DNA of 63,949 nucleotides, filler included, from an uncultured Methanosarcinales archaeon (GTDB taxonomy: Archaea; Nanobdellota; Nanobdellia; Woesearchaeales; CAZKBD01): the NCBI GenBank assembly GCA_964550945.1. It is 4 parts of 4 records of this genome, joined end to end, with 100 filler letters (N's around TTAATTAATTAA, not from the genome) between each part and the next. Parts side by side here need not be neighbours in the genome. Positions count along the whole stretch, not along the records: positions 1 to 19,924 come from CAZKBD010000027.1; 3 more parts are not named here. One strand, 5' to 3'. The number at the start of each line of letters is the position of its first letter. Within the stretch, counting starts at the first letter, position 1. A program made the position numbers and the translations under genes. The notes below the pieces were generated by a model, which searched no databases, was not told where the DNA came from, and was given only the letters and a program-made list of their open reading frames with translations. Below, piece after piece: positions 1 through 8,755 of the stretch.

Positions 1-47
1 TTGACGAGTAGCGAAGGCGGGAGGGGATTATAAGGGGCGTCCCCTTA
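1..47. repeat. End of a GC-rich palindromic element (hairpin TAAGGGG-cgt-CCCCTTA at 31-47; begins TTGACGAGTAG)
   Basis: Perfect 7-bp stem. The first 11 nt equal the reverse complement of 7642-7652, which lies inside another structured element. Confidence 0.5.
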
Positions 48-527
48 TTTCATTTACACTATAATATGGATTATTACATCAACAACCTCTTCCTAATTCC
101 TTATTTCTTTTTTACTGAATCAATTATTAAAAAAAGAAAACCCCTCTCAGAAAACGCTAGAAGAGCTGGGTGGATTGGTTGTAATATATCCTTAGATAAA
201 ATACCTCCCGAAGGAAAGATTTGGATTGTAGAAGATGGCACAGTTCATAGTAAAAGATTAGTTAATAACCAATGGAAAAAGATAAGTTTTATCGAGAATA
301 TTCCCTTACCCGAAAGAGGATGGACAGTAGATATTTTAAGGATAGTCCGTTCTTTAGGAAAACAGCAATTTGCTCTTCAGGAGGTTTACGAATACGAGGA
401 AGAGCTTGCAAAAGGACATCCAAATAACAATTATATAAAAGCTAAGATAAGGCAACAACTGCAGATATTGAGAGATAAAAGGATATTAAAATTCAAAGAG
501 AGAGGAAAATATTTGGTTCTTAAGTAA
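42..527 (+). pseudogene. DpnI/Dam-replacing family endonuclease, C-terminal half only
   Basis: Motifs NNLFLIPYFFF..IIKKRKPLSENARRAGWIGCNI and winged-helix HPNNNYIKAKIRQQLQILRD are typical of DpnI. The frame runs upstream as PLFHLHY but hits an in-frame TAG at 9-11, so the catalytic N-terminus is not in frame. Confidence 0.75.
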
Positions 528-550
528 TTTGTGGATTTATTCTCTTTAAC

Positions 551-575
551 GTAACACGTTACAAAATCCCGTAAC
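551..575. promoter_or_regulatory. GTAAC-N2-GTTAC palindrome plus a third GTAAC, just upstream of the MTase TATA box
   Basis: GTAACACGTTAC at 551-562, GTAAC at 571, TTTAAATA at about 581. Confidence 0.35.
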
Positions 576-615
576 AAATATTTAAATACAGTTTACCTAA
601 GACCTTAAGGATCCA

Positions 616-1425
616 ATGCATTCGTTGGATTTACTTCCTTACTATCCAAATTCTAACCAAAAGATATATGCTAAGATCTATTGTGGTGATTGTCTTGAAA
701 TTCTTCCAAAAATTCCCTCTGAATCAATAGACTTAGTATTTGCTGATCCTCCTTATAACATGTCTAAGAAAAAAGGGTTAGGCTGGAAATACAGCAAACA
801 TATTACCATGCAGGAAGAATGGGATATGTTTTCTAAGGATGGATATCTTCAATTTAATCAGACATGGATTAAAGAAGCATTAAGGGTTTTGAAACATGGC
901 GGCAGTTTATGGATTTGTGGTAGCTTCCATAATATCTATCAGGTTGGATTTATTTTACAGCATATCGAAGATGTAAAAATAAATAATTCTATAGTGTGGT
1001 TTAAGCCAAATGCCCAGCCAAATATAACCTGTAGAATGTTCACTGAAAGCACAGAGCATCTGATATGGGCTTCCAAAAATGGCAAAGGAAAAAGATGGAC
1101 TTTTAATTATGAAGATACAAAGAATCTAATTGCAGATCAAATAAACCCAAAAGGGAGACAAACAAGAAATGTGTGGAGCATTCCATTAACGCCTAAAAAA
1201 GAAAAATGGGCAGGTCAGCATCCAACACAAAAGCCAGAGGAATTGTTGAGAAGAGTGATATTATGCTGCTCAAAACCAGGAGATACTGTTCTAGATCCTT
1301 TTGTTGGGTCTGGAACTACTTCAGTTGTAGCCAAGAGGATGGGAAGGAATTCCATTGGGATTGAGAAAGACTCAAAATTTAAAAAAATAATTGATAAAAG
1401 ACTAGAGCAGGAGACTTTAGAGTAA
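616..1425 (+). CDS. Site-specific DNA amino-methyltransferase (N6-adenine/N4-cytosine, beta class)
   Basis: Catalytic DPPY near the N-terminus, HPTQKP, and SAM-binding LDPFVGSGTT near the C-terminus. Confidence 0.93.
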   Translation: MHSLDLLPYYPNSNQKIYAKIYCGDCLEILPKIPSESIDLVFADPPYNMSKKKGLGWKYSKHITMQEEWDMFSKDGYLQFNQTWIKEALRVLKHGGSLWICGSFHNIYQVGFILQHIEDVKINNSIVWFKPNAQPNITCRMFTESTEHLIWASKNGKGKRWTFNYEDTKNLIADQINPKGRQTRNVWSIPLTPKKEKWAGQHPTQKPEELLRRVILCCSKPGDTVLDPFVGSGTTSVVAKRMGRNSIGIEKDSKFKKIIDKRLEQETLE

Positions 1426-1459
1426 GGTTGAATACTTATCCGAAAAACTGACTCTGTTC

Positions 1460-1579
1460 CTAGGTAGATCCATTTTGTAATAACATTGCCAGAAGTTCAG
1501 TATCGCCTAAACTCTCAGCTCCTTTCTCCTTCAACTCATCATCCAGTTTGTTCCTTGCCCTAAATTTGATTGGTAATAG
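1460..1579 (-). pseudogene. Remnant of the RadC/UPF0758 N-terminal segment
   Basis: Minus-strand translation LLPIKFRARNKLDDELKEKGAESLGDTELLAMLLQNGST* resembles the RadC GAxxLSDxELLAILLxxG motif. No start codon and an early stop. Confidence 0.5.
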
Positions 1580-1580
1580 A

Positions 1581-2156
1581 TTATAGCTGCAAATCCTTTT
1601 TACTCTTTTTCTTCAGGCCAATTGCGCCCATTAGGTCATCATACAGCACTTTTATGTATGTTACACAGGCACCTATTGGAGGATATGTTAAAAGCACAGC
1701 AAAGGGGTCAGGGATATCATAATCTAAGGCAGCGCCATGCGCTATTGGCTGCGCGATTGTGTTTGCTACAAGGCCAAAGAGATTTGAAGAGACTATGGTT
1801 CGTGTTTCTTTTAGCCAATCGTTTATGTTTTCAAACTTTCTTCTGTGAGTGTAAAGATGCATAGGCACATTTACAACAAAAAATCCAACATTCTTTGTCC
1901 ATATCGCATAGCTGGTTATTGTATCCTGAGGATAATTATACTTTTTCATCCCATATGCAGCAATGCCTGCCATAAGGGTCGGCGCTAGGAATGCAGATCC
2001 GACACTTGCAAAATACCATGGATCTTCCCTTAATCTTCCATAGAGCCTTTTTGGCTCGTTTATTGCCTTATGATATACATAAGCGGCCTTTTCATTTACA
2101 GCAGGATATCTGTTTGCCAGTTCACGAACCCTGTCGCACAAGCTTTTTTGCTCCAT
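1581..2156 (-). CDS. Hypothetical membrane protein
   Basis: 191-aa ORF with several hydrophobic segments; no recognised motif. Confidence 0.65.
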   Translation of the reverse strand: MEQKSLCDRVRELANRYPAVNEKAAYVYHKAINEPKRLYGRLREDPWYFASVGSAFLAPTLMAGIAAYGMKKYNYPQDTITSYAIWTKNVGFFVVNVPMHLYTHRRKFENINDWLKETRTIVSSNLFGLVANTIAQPIAHGAALDYDIPDPFAVLLTYPPIGACVTYIKVLYDDLMGAIGLKKKSKKDLQL

Positions 2157-2359
2157 AAGGGCAGGAATCTTTTGTGATTAATAACCTTTTGCCAGAATCT
2201 CCTTGGCATTTGATCCAAAGAAATCTCTTTTATCAGAATTTTACTTCAACAATAAACCTATTTTGGTCTATCACTTTTATCTCTGCCCATATAAAACTCT
2301 GCCTTTGATATTTTTCATAACCAAAACCTTTTTATCCTAAACAATCTTATACTTAAGCT

Positions 2360-2674
2360 ATGAAAGTGCTTTTTATCTGCAACCAGAACGAGAACAGGAG
2401 CAAGACTGCTGAAGAGATGTTTAAACAAAGATTCAAAACCAGATCTGCAGGTTTTTATAATGAAAAGCCAGTAACTGAAAAAGAGCTCAATTGGGCTGAT
2501 ATGATAATTGTCATGGAAGAAGCACAAAGGACAGAGCTTTCCAAAAGGTTTCCTTCTGTTTATATGAAAAAACAGATACTATCGCTTGATATTCCTAATA
2601 TCTATCGTTTTAACCAGCCTGAACTGAAGTCTATTCTTGAGTCTCGGATGTCCAATCTGCAAATTGTTGCATAG
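2360..2674 (+). CDS. Low-molecular-weight protein-tyrosine-phosphatase-like protein
   Basis: VLFICNQNENRSKTAE P-loop (CX5R), RSAG, WADMIIVME. Confidence 0.85.
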   Translation: MKVLFICNQNENRSKTAEEMFKQRFKTRSAGFYNEKPVTEKELNWADMIIVMEEAQRTELSKRFPSVYMKKQILSLDIPNIYRFNQPELKSILESRMSNLQIVA

Positions 2675-2708
2675 CTTTTTCCTTGTAACTTATACCTACC
2701 TTTCATAA

Positions 2709-3205
2709 TCACTTAAAAAACCTCTTTAAGATAATGGAAAAGTGATATGCAAAATCATCTTCATTGCCAGCGTAGCTGTCTTTAACATTATTGAATCTTT
2801 TGATAAGCTCATTCTTATCAACATATTTGGACAGGGTGGCTATATCCTCTTCATCTCTTGCATTAAGCCTTGCAGCTTTGGTTATTATGATGTCGACAGG
2901 AGATAAAACCTTTAATGTTATGTTGTTTAATCGAACTATCTCCTTAGATATCTCTTCATAATCATCCGGCAACTGCTCTGAAAATATATAGCCATCCACA
3001 AAGATATCAACTATAAACTTTTCATCAAGAACTTTCTTAAAATCAGCCTTATCAGAAGAATTTAAACAGAAATCAACATCTCTGGTAGAGGGCTTTAACC
3101 CAAGCAAGGTCATTGCAGTGCCACCTACAGCAATCAGAACCATCTTCTTGTTAAGCTTTTTATCAACATCCTTCAGCCATATCAAAAGGTCATTTTGTCT
3201 ATCAT
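2709..3205 (-). pseudogene. DUF6036/AbiEii-like nucleotidyltransferase, apparently frameshifted near its start
   Basis: AVGGTAM..KPSTRDVDF and K..R..RD..DI motifs. The ATG coupled to the upstream stop (3205) reads MIDKMTF*; one more A in the A4 run at 3193-3196 would give MIDKNDLLIW. Confidence 0.65.
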
Positions 3206-3837
3206 AGATACACCCCGGCAAGCTTCTTAAAATCTTCATCAAAAAACCTTCCAAGAAGATTCCAGCTCTTAATCCTCTTAGGAGATGTTTTAAGAAGGAA
3301 ATCATAGTCTCCTTCAACTAGATAGCTTATCTCCTCATCCTTATTTTTACGCAGATATTCCAGTAGATCCTTATGCAATGGCTTTATGATAGAAGCGCTC
3401 TCCAATAGGTAACCTATCTTATTCTTGATTCCATATCTAGTAGCTATCTCTAATAGCTTATACTTATCAATATTATTTTTTATCATAATGATTGGAATTG
3501 CCTCAATAAACCTTGCTTTAGGGTGTTTTATCAGAATCCTGGCAATAAGCTCCTCAATTGGAATCTTTTTTGCCTTTTGCTTATGGACAGAAACCATATC
3601 ATAACCGTATGATGATAGGTTATACTCTATTATGGAGTCATCTTCTCTGTTATCCCTATTTATCTTCTCCAACAATCTTTCCTGGCATATAATATTCGCA
3701 GCTATCAATTTAGGCCTTATTGACCTGTACAGATAATTTCTCTCAGTCTGCTTCAATCTCTTGCCCTGCATTTTCTTTATAATTGTCTTTATCTCAACCT
3801 TTCCAAATATCTTTCTTATTGGCTCTTCAGTAAGCAT
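3202..3837 (-). CDS. Hypothetical protein, likely antitoxin/regulator partner of the downstream nucleotidyltransferase
   Basis: 211 aa, ATGA overlap with the next gene, palindrome immediately upstream. Confidence 0.7.
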   Translation of the reverse strand: MLTEEPIRKIFGKVEIKTIIKKMQGKRLKQTERNYLYRSIRPKLIAANIICQERLLEKINRDNREDDSIIEYNLSSYGYDMVSVHKQKAKKIPIEELIARILIKHPKARFIEAIPIIMIKNNIDKYKLLEIATRYGIKNKIGYLLESASIIKPLHKDLLEYLRKNKDEEISYLVEGDYDFLLKTSPKRIKSWNLLGRFFDEDFKKLAGVYL

Positions 3838-3838
3838 T

Positions 3839-3858
3839 GTAATCTTAATTAAGGTTAC
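3839..3858. promoter_or_regulatory. Palindromic operator candidate GTAATCTTAATTAAGGTTAC
   Basis: Near-perfect 20-bp palindrome between the TATA box (about 3862-3870) and the start codon at 3837. Confidence 0.55.
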
Positions 3859-4058
3859 GTTATATTTAAATCTTTCTATTCTATCCTAAATATATGGTTT
3901 GGTTTAATGATTTGAACTGATAGAGAAAATCCTGATTTATATACCTTATCCGTGCATGTCCAGTGTCCAAGGGGTTTTATAGCCACTTCTGGGGTTTGTA
4001 GCCAAAGCCTGAAAAACAGGAAGATTTAAATAATACTTAGTATATACAAAGTATTACA

Positions 4059-4322
4059 ATGGAAGCTATTAGTCTTAAATTGGATGAGACCATGTTGAGT
4101 AATATAGATGAAAATCTAAAAAAGCATAACTATAGTACTAGAACTGAATTTATTAGAACTGCAATTAGAGATAAATTGGAATATCTAAGCAAAGATGACT
4201 TAATAAAGGAGTTTATGAAGTATAAAGGAAAATCACCTAGAAAAACTACTGATGAAGAAAGGGCCAAGATAAGAGAGCAAGCCCTACTTGAAATGGCTAA
4301 AGAAAGAGGGTGGGATATCTAA
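4059..4322 (+). CDS. CopG/ribbon-helix-helix protein (VapB-like antitoxin)
   Basis: ISLKLD..IDENLKKHNYSTRTEFIRTAIRDKL RHH pattern; adjacent to a PIN gene. Confidence 0.85.
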   Translation: MEAISLKLDETMLSNIDENLKKHNYSTRTEFIRTAIRDKLEYLSKDDLIKEFMKYKGKSPRKTTDEERAKIREQALLEMAKERGWDI

Positions 4323-4737
4323 ATAATCTCTTCAGGCTTTTTTGTCTTTACGATATCTTGAAGTTTTTGTATATGCTTATCTTGAGAAACTAGTATGGCA
4401 TTATGCTTAGCTGCAATAACTGCATGAAGAACATCACCGGTTGGTAACTTTCTTTCGATCCCAATCTTCTTTGCTTTTTGGTAATCCCCGTTATCAATAT
4501 CTACTTTTTTTAATATTCCTGCAACAAATAATATATTGAACATATTATTTATCTCTTCTTCATCAAATCCGATCTTCAGTTCTTTTATGATTAAATCAGA
4601 AAAGAATAAAGTATTTTATCCTTTATTACTTTAGCAAATAATTTACTTGCGTATTCTCCTAATGGTTTTCCGATAAGACTAGATCTAGCTTCGTAATGGT
4701 CTCTCCAAATACAAGTATCAAAGTAATATTCTACCCT
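4319..4737 (-). pseudogene. PIN-domain (VapC-like) toxin, frameshifted
   Basis: N-half YYFDTCIWRD and C-half GDVLHAVIA..LVSQDKH lie in different frames. The shift maps to the A4 run at 4614-4617, and no ATG precedes VEYYFDT. Confidence 0.75.
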
Positions 4738-4822
4738 TCTAAGCCCTAAGAGAGTTATTTGCTTAAATAGATTTGTTTTTAAATCACCATATTTAAATAT
4801 AACTTTATATTTTTCTTTCATT

Positions 4823-5722
4823 ATGCCAGACACTTTGATATTAGGGACAATTGCTTTAGATGACATTGAAACTCCTTTTGGAAAGCAGAAGGATGCATTA
4901 GGCGGATCAGCAACATATGCTGCTTATGCTGCCAGCTTTTTTTCAAGCCCAGGAATTGTTTCAATTATAGGCAAGGATTTTCCTAAAGATCATTACGAGA
5001 TGTTAAAGAATAGAAATATCTGCCTTAAAGGCGTTGAAAAAGGAGACAAGACATTCAGATGGAATGGCTATTATGAATTTGATATGAATGAAGCCAAAAC
5101 ATTGAGAACAGAGCTCAATGTTCTGGAAAGCTTCCAGCCAAAATTGCCTGCTGAATACAGAGATATAAAATATGCATTCTTGGGCAACCTAGATCCAGAT
5201 GTACAGTTAGCGGTCTTAGAGCAATTAAACAAACCAGAATTAGTTGTAACTGATACGATGAATTTCTGGATTGAGCATAAAAAAGACAGATTATTGGATG
5301 TAATCAAAAAAACAGACATTTTGGTTTTAAATGATGGAGAGGCAAGGCAGCTTTTTAAGACACTTAATCTGGTTAAAGCAGCAAACCAGGCTTTGGAATT
5401 AGGCCCAAAAGCTGTTATAATCAAGAAAGGAGAGCATGGCGCTTTATTATTTACAAAAGACAAGCATTTCAATGCTCCTGGCTATCCATTAGAAACAGTT
5501 AAAGATCCGACTGGCTGCGGAGATTCATTTGGAGGAGCCTTAATAGGCTATTTGGCAAAAACAAAAGACCATTCTGAAGCAAATTTAAGAAAAGCTATTG
5601 TCTATGCTTCTGTTATTGCAAGCTTCAATGCAGAAGACTTTAGCCTGAACAATCTAAAAAAGATAAATCAAGCTGATATTGAAAAAAGATTTAATGAGCT
5701 AAAAGAGATAAGAAAGTTTTAA
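4823..5722 (+). CDS. PfkB/ribokinase-family carbohydrate kinase
   Basis: GGSATYAA, N..EA, and DPTGCGDSFGGA signature. Confidence 0.93.
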   Translation: MPDTLILGTIALDDIETPFGKQKDALGGSATYAAYAASFFSSPGIVSIIGKDFPKDHYEMLKNRNICLKGVEKGDKTFRWNGYYEFDMNEAKTLRTELNVLESFQPKLPAEYRDIKYAFLGNLDPDVQLAVLEQLNKPELVVTDTMNFWIEHKKDRLLDVIKKTDILVLNDGEARQLFKTLNLVKAANQALELGPKAVIIKKGEHGALLFTKDKHFNAPGYPLETVKDPTGCGDSFGGALIGYLAKTKDHSEANLRKAIVYASVIASFNAEDFSLNNLKKINQADIEKRFNELKEIRKF

Positions 5723-5741
5723 AACAAAAAGATTTAAATAG

Positions 5742-6596
5742 ATGGTTCTATTAACAGAACGTATGGTACTAAAAATAGAACAAATTTTAGGCTCAAAAAA
5801 CAGCATACAGATATTAAGGCATTTGGTGCTCAGGCCATATCTTTCTTTTGGGCTCACTGATTTATCGAATGAATTAAACATTTCCAAATCAAACATATTA
5901 AGAATAAATAAGAATCTGGTAAAAAACAGGCTTATTCTTGAACTGAACAAAAAACGAAAAAAAACATACAGGATAAACCCAAGCCATAATCTAAATAAAA
6001 AGCTTTTTGAGGTATTCATGATTGAGAAGCAGGGGAACCTCAATCCAAAATCAAAAAACATTGTAGATTTGGTATTTGCCCAAATCAAAGAAAAAGTTGA
6101 ATTGTTCATTATTTTTGGGAGTGTTGCTTATAATAAAGAAACGGCTGATTCTGATATCGATGTGTGCATTGTTGGAGATAAAAAAATTGGGGGATTGAAC
6201 TTGGATTATCAGCGCAAAGTTGAAATTCATAACCACGCCCAATCAGATTTCCTTAATCTGAATGATTTTGTAGTCATTGAATCTTTGATCAATGGGATAT
6301 GGTATAAAGGAGATATGTTTGATCTGCTAAGCAAAATTGAATCGATACCCAAACCTTATATGATCCATAGGTTGAATCAAGCAAAAGTTTTTTTAAAAAA
6401 AGCAGAATCTCTAAAAAGCGAAGCTAGAATATACTTTTTTGAGCTAGCTAAAACAACACTTGGCGAGATTCATTCCATCCTGCGCAACAAAACCACCATC
6501 TTAAAAAGAAAAATTGGCGTTAAAATAGATGAAAAGTTAGTGGAAAATATTGAAAAGATGCTGTCTAAAGAGGGGGAAAGGATATGGATCAATTAA
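5742..6596 (+). CDS. wHTH plus minimal nucleotidyltransferase (MNT) antitoxin
   Basis: N-terminal HTH (GLTDLSNELNISKSNI) and IFGSVA...SDIDVCIV. Confidence 0.85.
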   Translation: MVLLTERMVLKIEQILGSKNSIQILRHLVLRPYLSFGLTDLSNELNISKSNILRINKNLVKNRLILELNKKRKKTYRINPSHNLNKKLFEVFMIEKQGNLNPKSKNIVDLVFAQIKEKVELFIIFGSVAYNKETADSDIDVCIVGDKKIGGLNLDYQRKVEIHNHAQSDFLNLNDFVVIESLINGIWYKGDMFDLLSKIESIPKPYMIHRLNQAKVFLKKAESLKSEARIYFFELAKTTLGEIHSILRNKTTILKRKIGVKIDEKLVENIEKMLSKEGERIWIN

Positions 6597-6991
6597 AACG
6601 CGCTAAAGACCTGCTTAAATCAGCAAATGATTTATTAGAAAAAGATGACTTAACAGGAGTTGCTGGGCTTGCATACCATGCTGTAGAATCGGCAATTGTA
6701 TATTTAACATCTAGCTTAAATGGAAAAACAAAAGAAGGGCATACAGAAAGGAGAAAGCGCGCTGAAGAACTCCTGAATCTGTCTAAAAACTCTCTTAAAG
6801 AGTTGTGGAGCTCCAGAAACATAGATTTTTATGGCAATGAAAAAATCGGCGGAGAACAAAAAGAATTAACAAAAGAAAGCATCAAAGAATCCGTTGATAA
6901 AGCAGAAAAAATAATTGAACAAGCTGAAGATGTTGTAAAGAAAGGATCAAGTGAGCAAGATAACAGCAAGTTGGCGAAAGAAAAAAAATAA
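6584..6991 (+). CDS. HEPN-domain protein (partner of the MNT)
   Basis: AYHAVESAI, H, and R-N-x2-FY pattern; overlaps the MNT gene. Confidence 0.8.
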   Translation: MDQLKRAKDLLKSANDLLEKDDLTGVAGLAYHAVESAIVYLTSSLNGKTKEGHTERRKRAEELLNLSKNSLKELWSSRNIDFYGNEKIGGEQKELTKESIKESVDKAEKIIEQAEDVVKKGSSEQDNSKLAKEKK

Positions 6992-7004
6992 AAAAATAAA
7001 TTAT

Positions 7005-7463
7005 TTACGTTGCACAGGTTCCTTCTAATTTTGTTCCGTCTCCTGTAAAGGTATAGCTTGCTCCTGTTGCGCTGTCTGTATAAGTTATTTCAACACCAGA
7101 ACTGAATGCTTGTGTTGCTGTGCATGCAGGTGTTGCTGTTATTGAAATGCTTCCAGTGCCTCCTGCTGCCAATGTTAATGGTAATACACCAACGGCTGGT
7201 GCGTCTCCATCAATTGTAAGTGCTGTTATTGTTACTGTGTTTCTTATATTATTCTTTACATTGATACTCCATCCAGTTGTTGCAGAATTTGCATATGATG
7301 GTATGGCTATATCAGCAGTGCTCCAGTAAGCTGCGCTTGCTCTTCCTCGCGCTCCAGCTCCTATTCCAGGAATACCTCCCATTACACCAATTACTATCAG
7401 TGCGATAATTATCACAACTGCTAGAACTATAAGGTATTCTGTAGCTGCTTGTGCTTTTCTCAT
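7005..7463 (-). CDS. Archaeal type IV pilin (probable major pilin), class III signal peptide
   Basis: MRKA/QAATEYLIVLAVVIIIALIVI; GAGGTGA SD site; own TATA box at about 7523-7533. Confidence 0.88.
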   Translation of the reverse strand: MRKAQAATEYLIVLAVVIIIALIVIGVMGGIPGIGAGARGRASAAYWSTADIAIPSYANSATTGWSINVKNNIRNTVTITALTIDGDAPAVGVLPLTLAAGGTGSISITATPACTATQAFSSGVEITYTDSATGASYTFTGDGTKLEGTCAT

Positions 7464-7582
7464 TTTATCACCTCTTTTGTTTATATTGTTAATATATGTT
7501 TTAGTATACTAATATACTATCTTATATTTAAACTTATCGGTTTTGTTAAGTCAAGTTTTCAACTTATTAGTTTGTTCATTCA

Positions 7583-7717
7583 AGAAAAATCCAGCCATCC
7601 GTGGCGGTTGACGGATTTTGCCTTAAAAAAACGGCAAAATCCTACTCGTCAAAACAGAACCGTATACTGCGTATACGAACCTGTTTTGCCTCATCAACGC
7701 CATGGCTGGATTTTTCT
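7583..7717. repeat. 135-bp multi-stem palindromic element (MITE-like or structured RNA)
   Basis: Perfect 16-bp terminal inverted repeat AGAAAAATCCAGCCAT/ATGGCTGGATTTTTCT enclosing hairpins GGATTTTGCC..GGCAAAATCC and CAAAACAG..CGTATAC..GTATACG..CTGTTTTG. Confidence 0.8.
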
Positions 7718-7751
7718 GTGTATATTCAGTTAAATATTTACTTTACGGGCT

Positions 7752-8741
7752 TTAAAACATACTCCCAAAAAACAATCCAATAACATACTTTGAGATTGCA
7801 AACATAACAAGCGCAGCAACAATTATTATCAATGAATACCTTAAGCCATATTTTGCTTTGCCTTCTGTTATTACGCCAAGAAGCATGCTAGCCAAAAGGC
7901 CGGTCATTATCAACATTCCAATCGACACTTTAGTCAGGAAATCAGGGGTTATTGCTACTTCACCTGCCAAAAAAGACATTCCAAACCCAGCTGTTGAGGC
8001 TCCTGTCTTGGCTTGCATCGCAGTTATGACATCAACAAAATAGATTGATATTGCAAGCAATAAGGGAGCTCCAAGGATTATTGTGAACATAATAAACATA
8101 GTATATGTTTTTGTATTTGTTGTCAGCTCTTTTTTCAATGAGTTTGTCTCTGCAATATCAATAGCAAGCTCTTCAAGGAGCTTTGCCAGATGGCCGCCTG
8201 ATTTCATCGCAGTTGTGAATAATTTCATTGCCCTGTCAAGCATATCACTCTTGATCCGGTCAGTCATCTTAAGCAAAGTATCAGAAAATGATTCTGTGCC
8301 TAGTGATTTAGCAGTTGCGTATCTTATCTCTTCTTCTAATGGCCCAAATTCTTTTCTTGCAGCTAGCTGCAATGCCCTGAAAGGAGTGATGCCTGCCCTT
8401 AGATTAGCTGAAATAAGCTGCAATGCATCTGGAAGAACTTTTTCAACTCTTTTTCTGCGGTCCTCAACTTTAAAGTAGATTATCATATAAGCACTAAGCT
8501 GGGCTAAAAAGAACGCAATCATGGCAAATATAAGATAAGAGATCTGAAAAAACCCGAAAATATTTTGAGGGATTATCAAAACCAAAACGAACAGGAGTAT
8601 AGCCAATAATGTAGCTGAGCCAAGCCATGCTTCAGCGCTAGCATCCTCACCACTATATCTTAAAAGAATCTTAAAATGCTCTCTATATGTTCTTGGCAAT
8701 AATTTTGCAAAAGTGCAATATATCCTCTGTTTTGCTTCCAT
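7752..8741 (-). CDS. Type IV pilus membrane platform protein (TadC/FlaJ-like, T2SS F domain)
   Basis: LPDALQLISANLRAG..P..AL and SGG.LA.LLE motifs, multiple TM helices. Probable start MEAKQ at 8741. Confidence 0.9.
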   Translation of the reverse strand: MEAKQRIYCTFAKLLPRTYREHFKILLRYSGEDASAEAWLGSATLLAILLFVLVLIIPQNIFGFFQISYLIFAMIAFFLAQLSAYMIIYFKVEDRRKRVEKVLPDALQLISANLRAGITPFRALQLAARKEFGPLEEEIRYATAKSLGTESFSDTLLKMTDRIKSDMLDRAMKLFTTAMKSGGHLAKLLEELAIDIAETNSLKKELTTNTKTYTMFIMFTIILGAPLLLAISIYFVDVITAMQAKTGASTAGFGMSFLAGEVAITPDFLTKVSIGMLIMTGLLASMLLGVITEGKAKYGLRYSLIIIVAALVMFAISKYVIGLFFGSMF

Positions 8742-8755
8742 TTTATATAGCTGAT

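Noticed and set aside
3960..4020. Short GGGGTTT(T)..TAGCCA direct repeat and CCTG-AAAAA-CAGG hairpin
   Set aside because: Only two imperfect ~14-bp copies and a 4-bp stem; too weak to assign.
7583..7717. Hammerhead ribozyme, tRNA, 5S rRNA or SRP RNA
   Set aside because: The minus strand has UUGAUGAG but no GAAA core, and there is no cloverleaf, T-loop, or 5S/SRP consensus motif.
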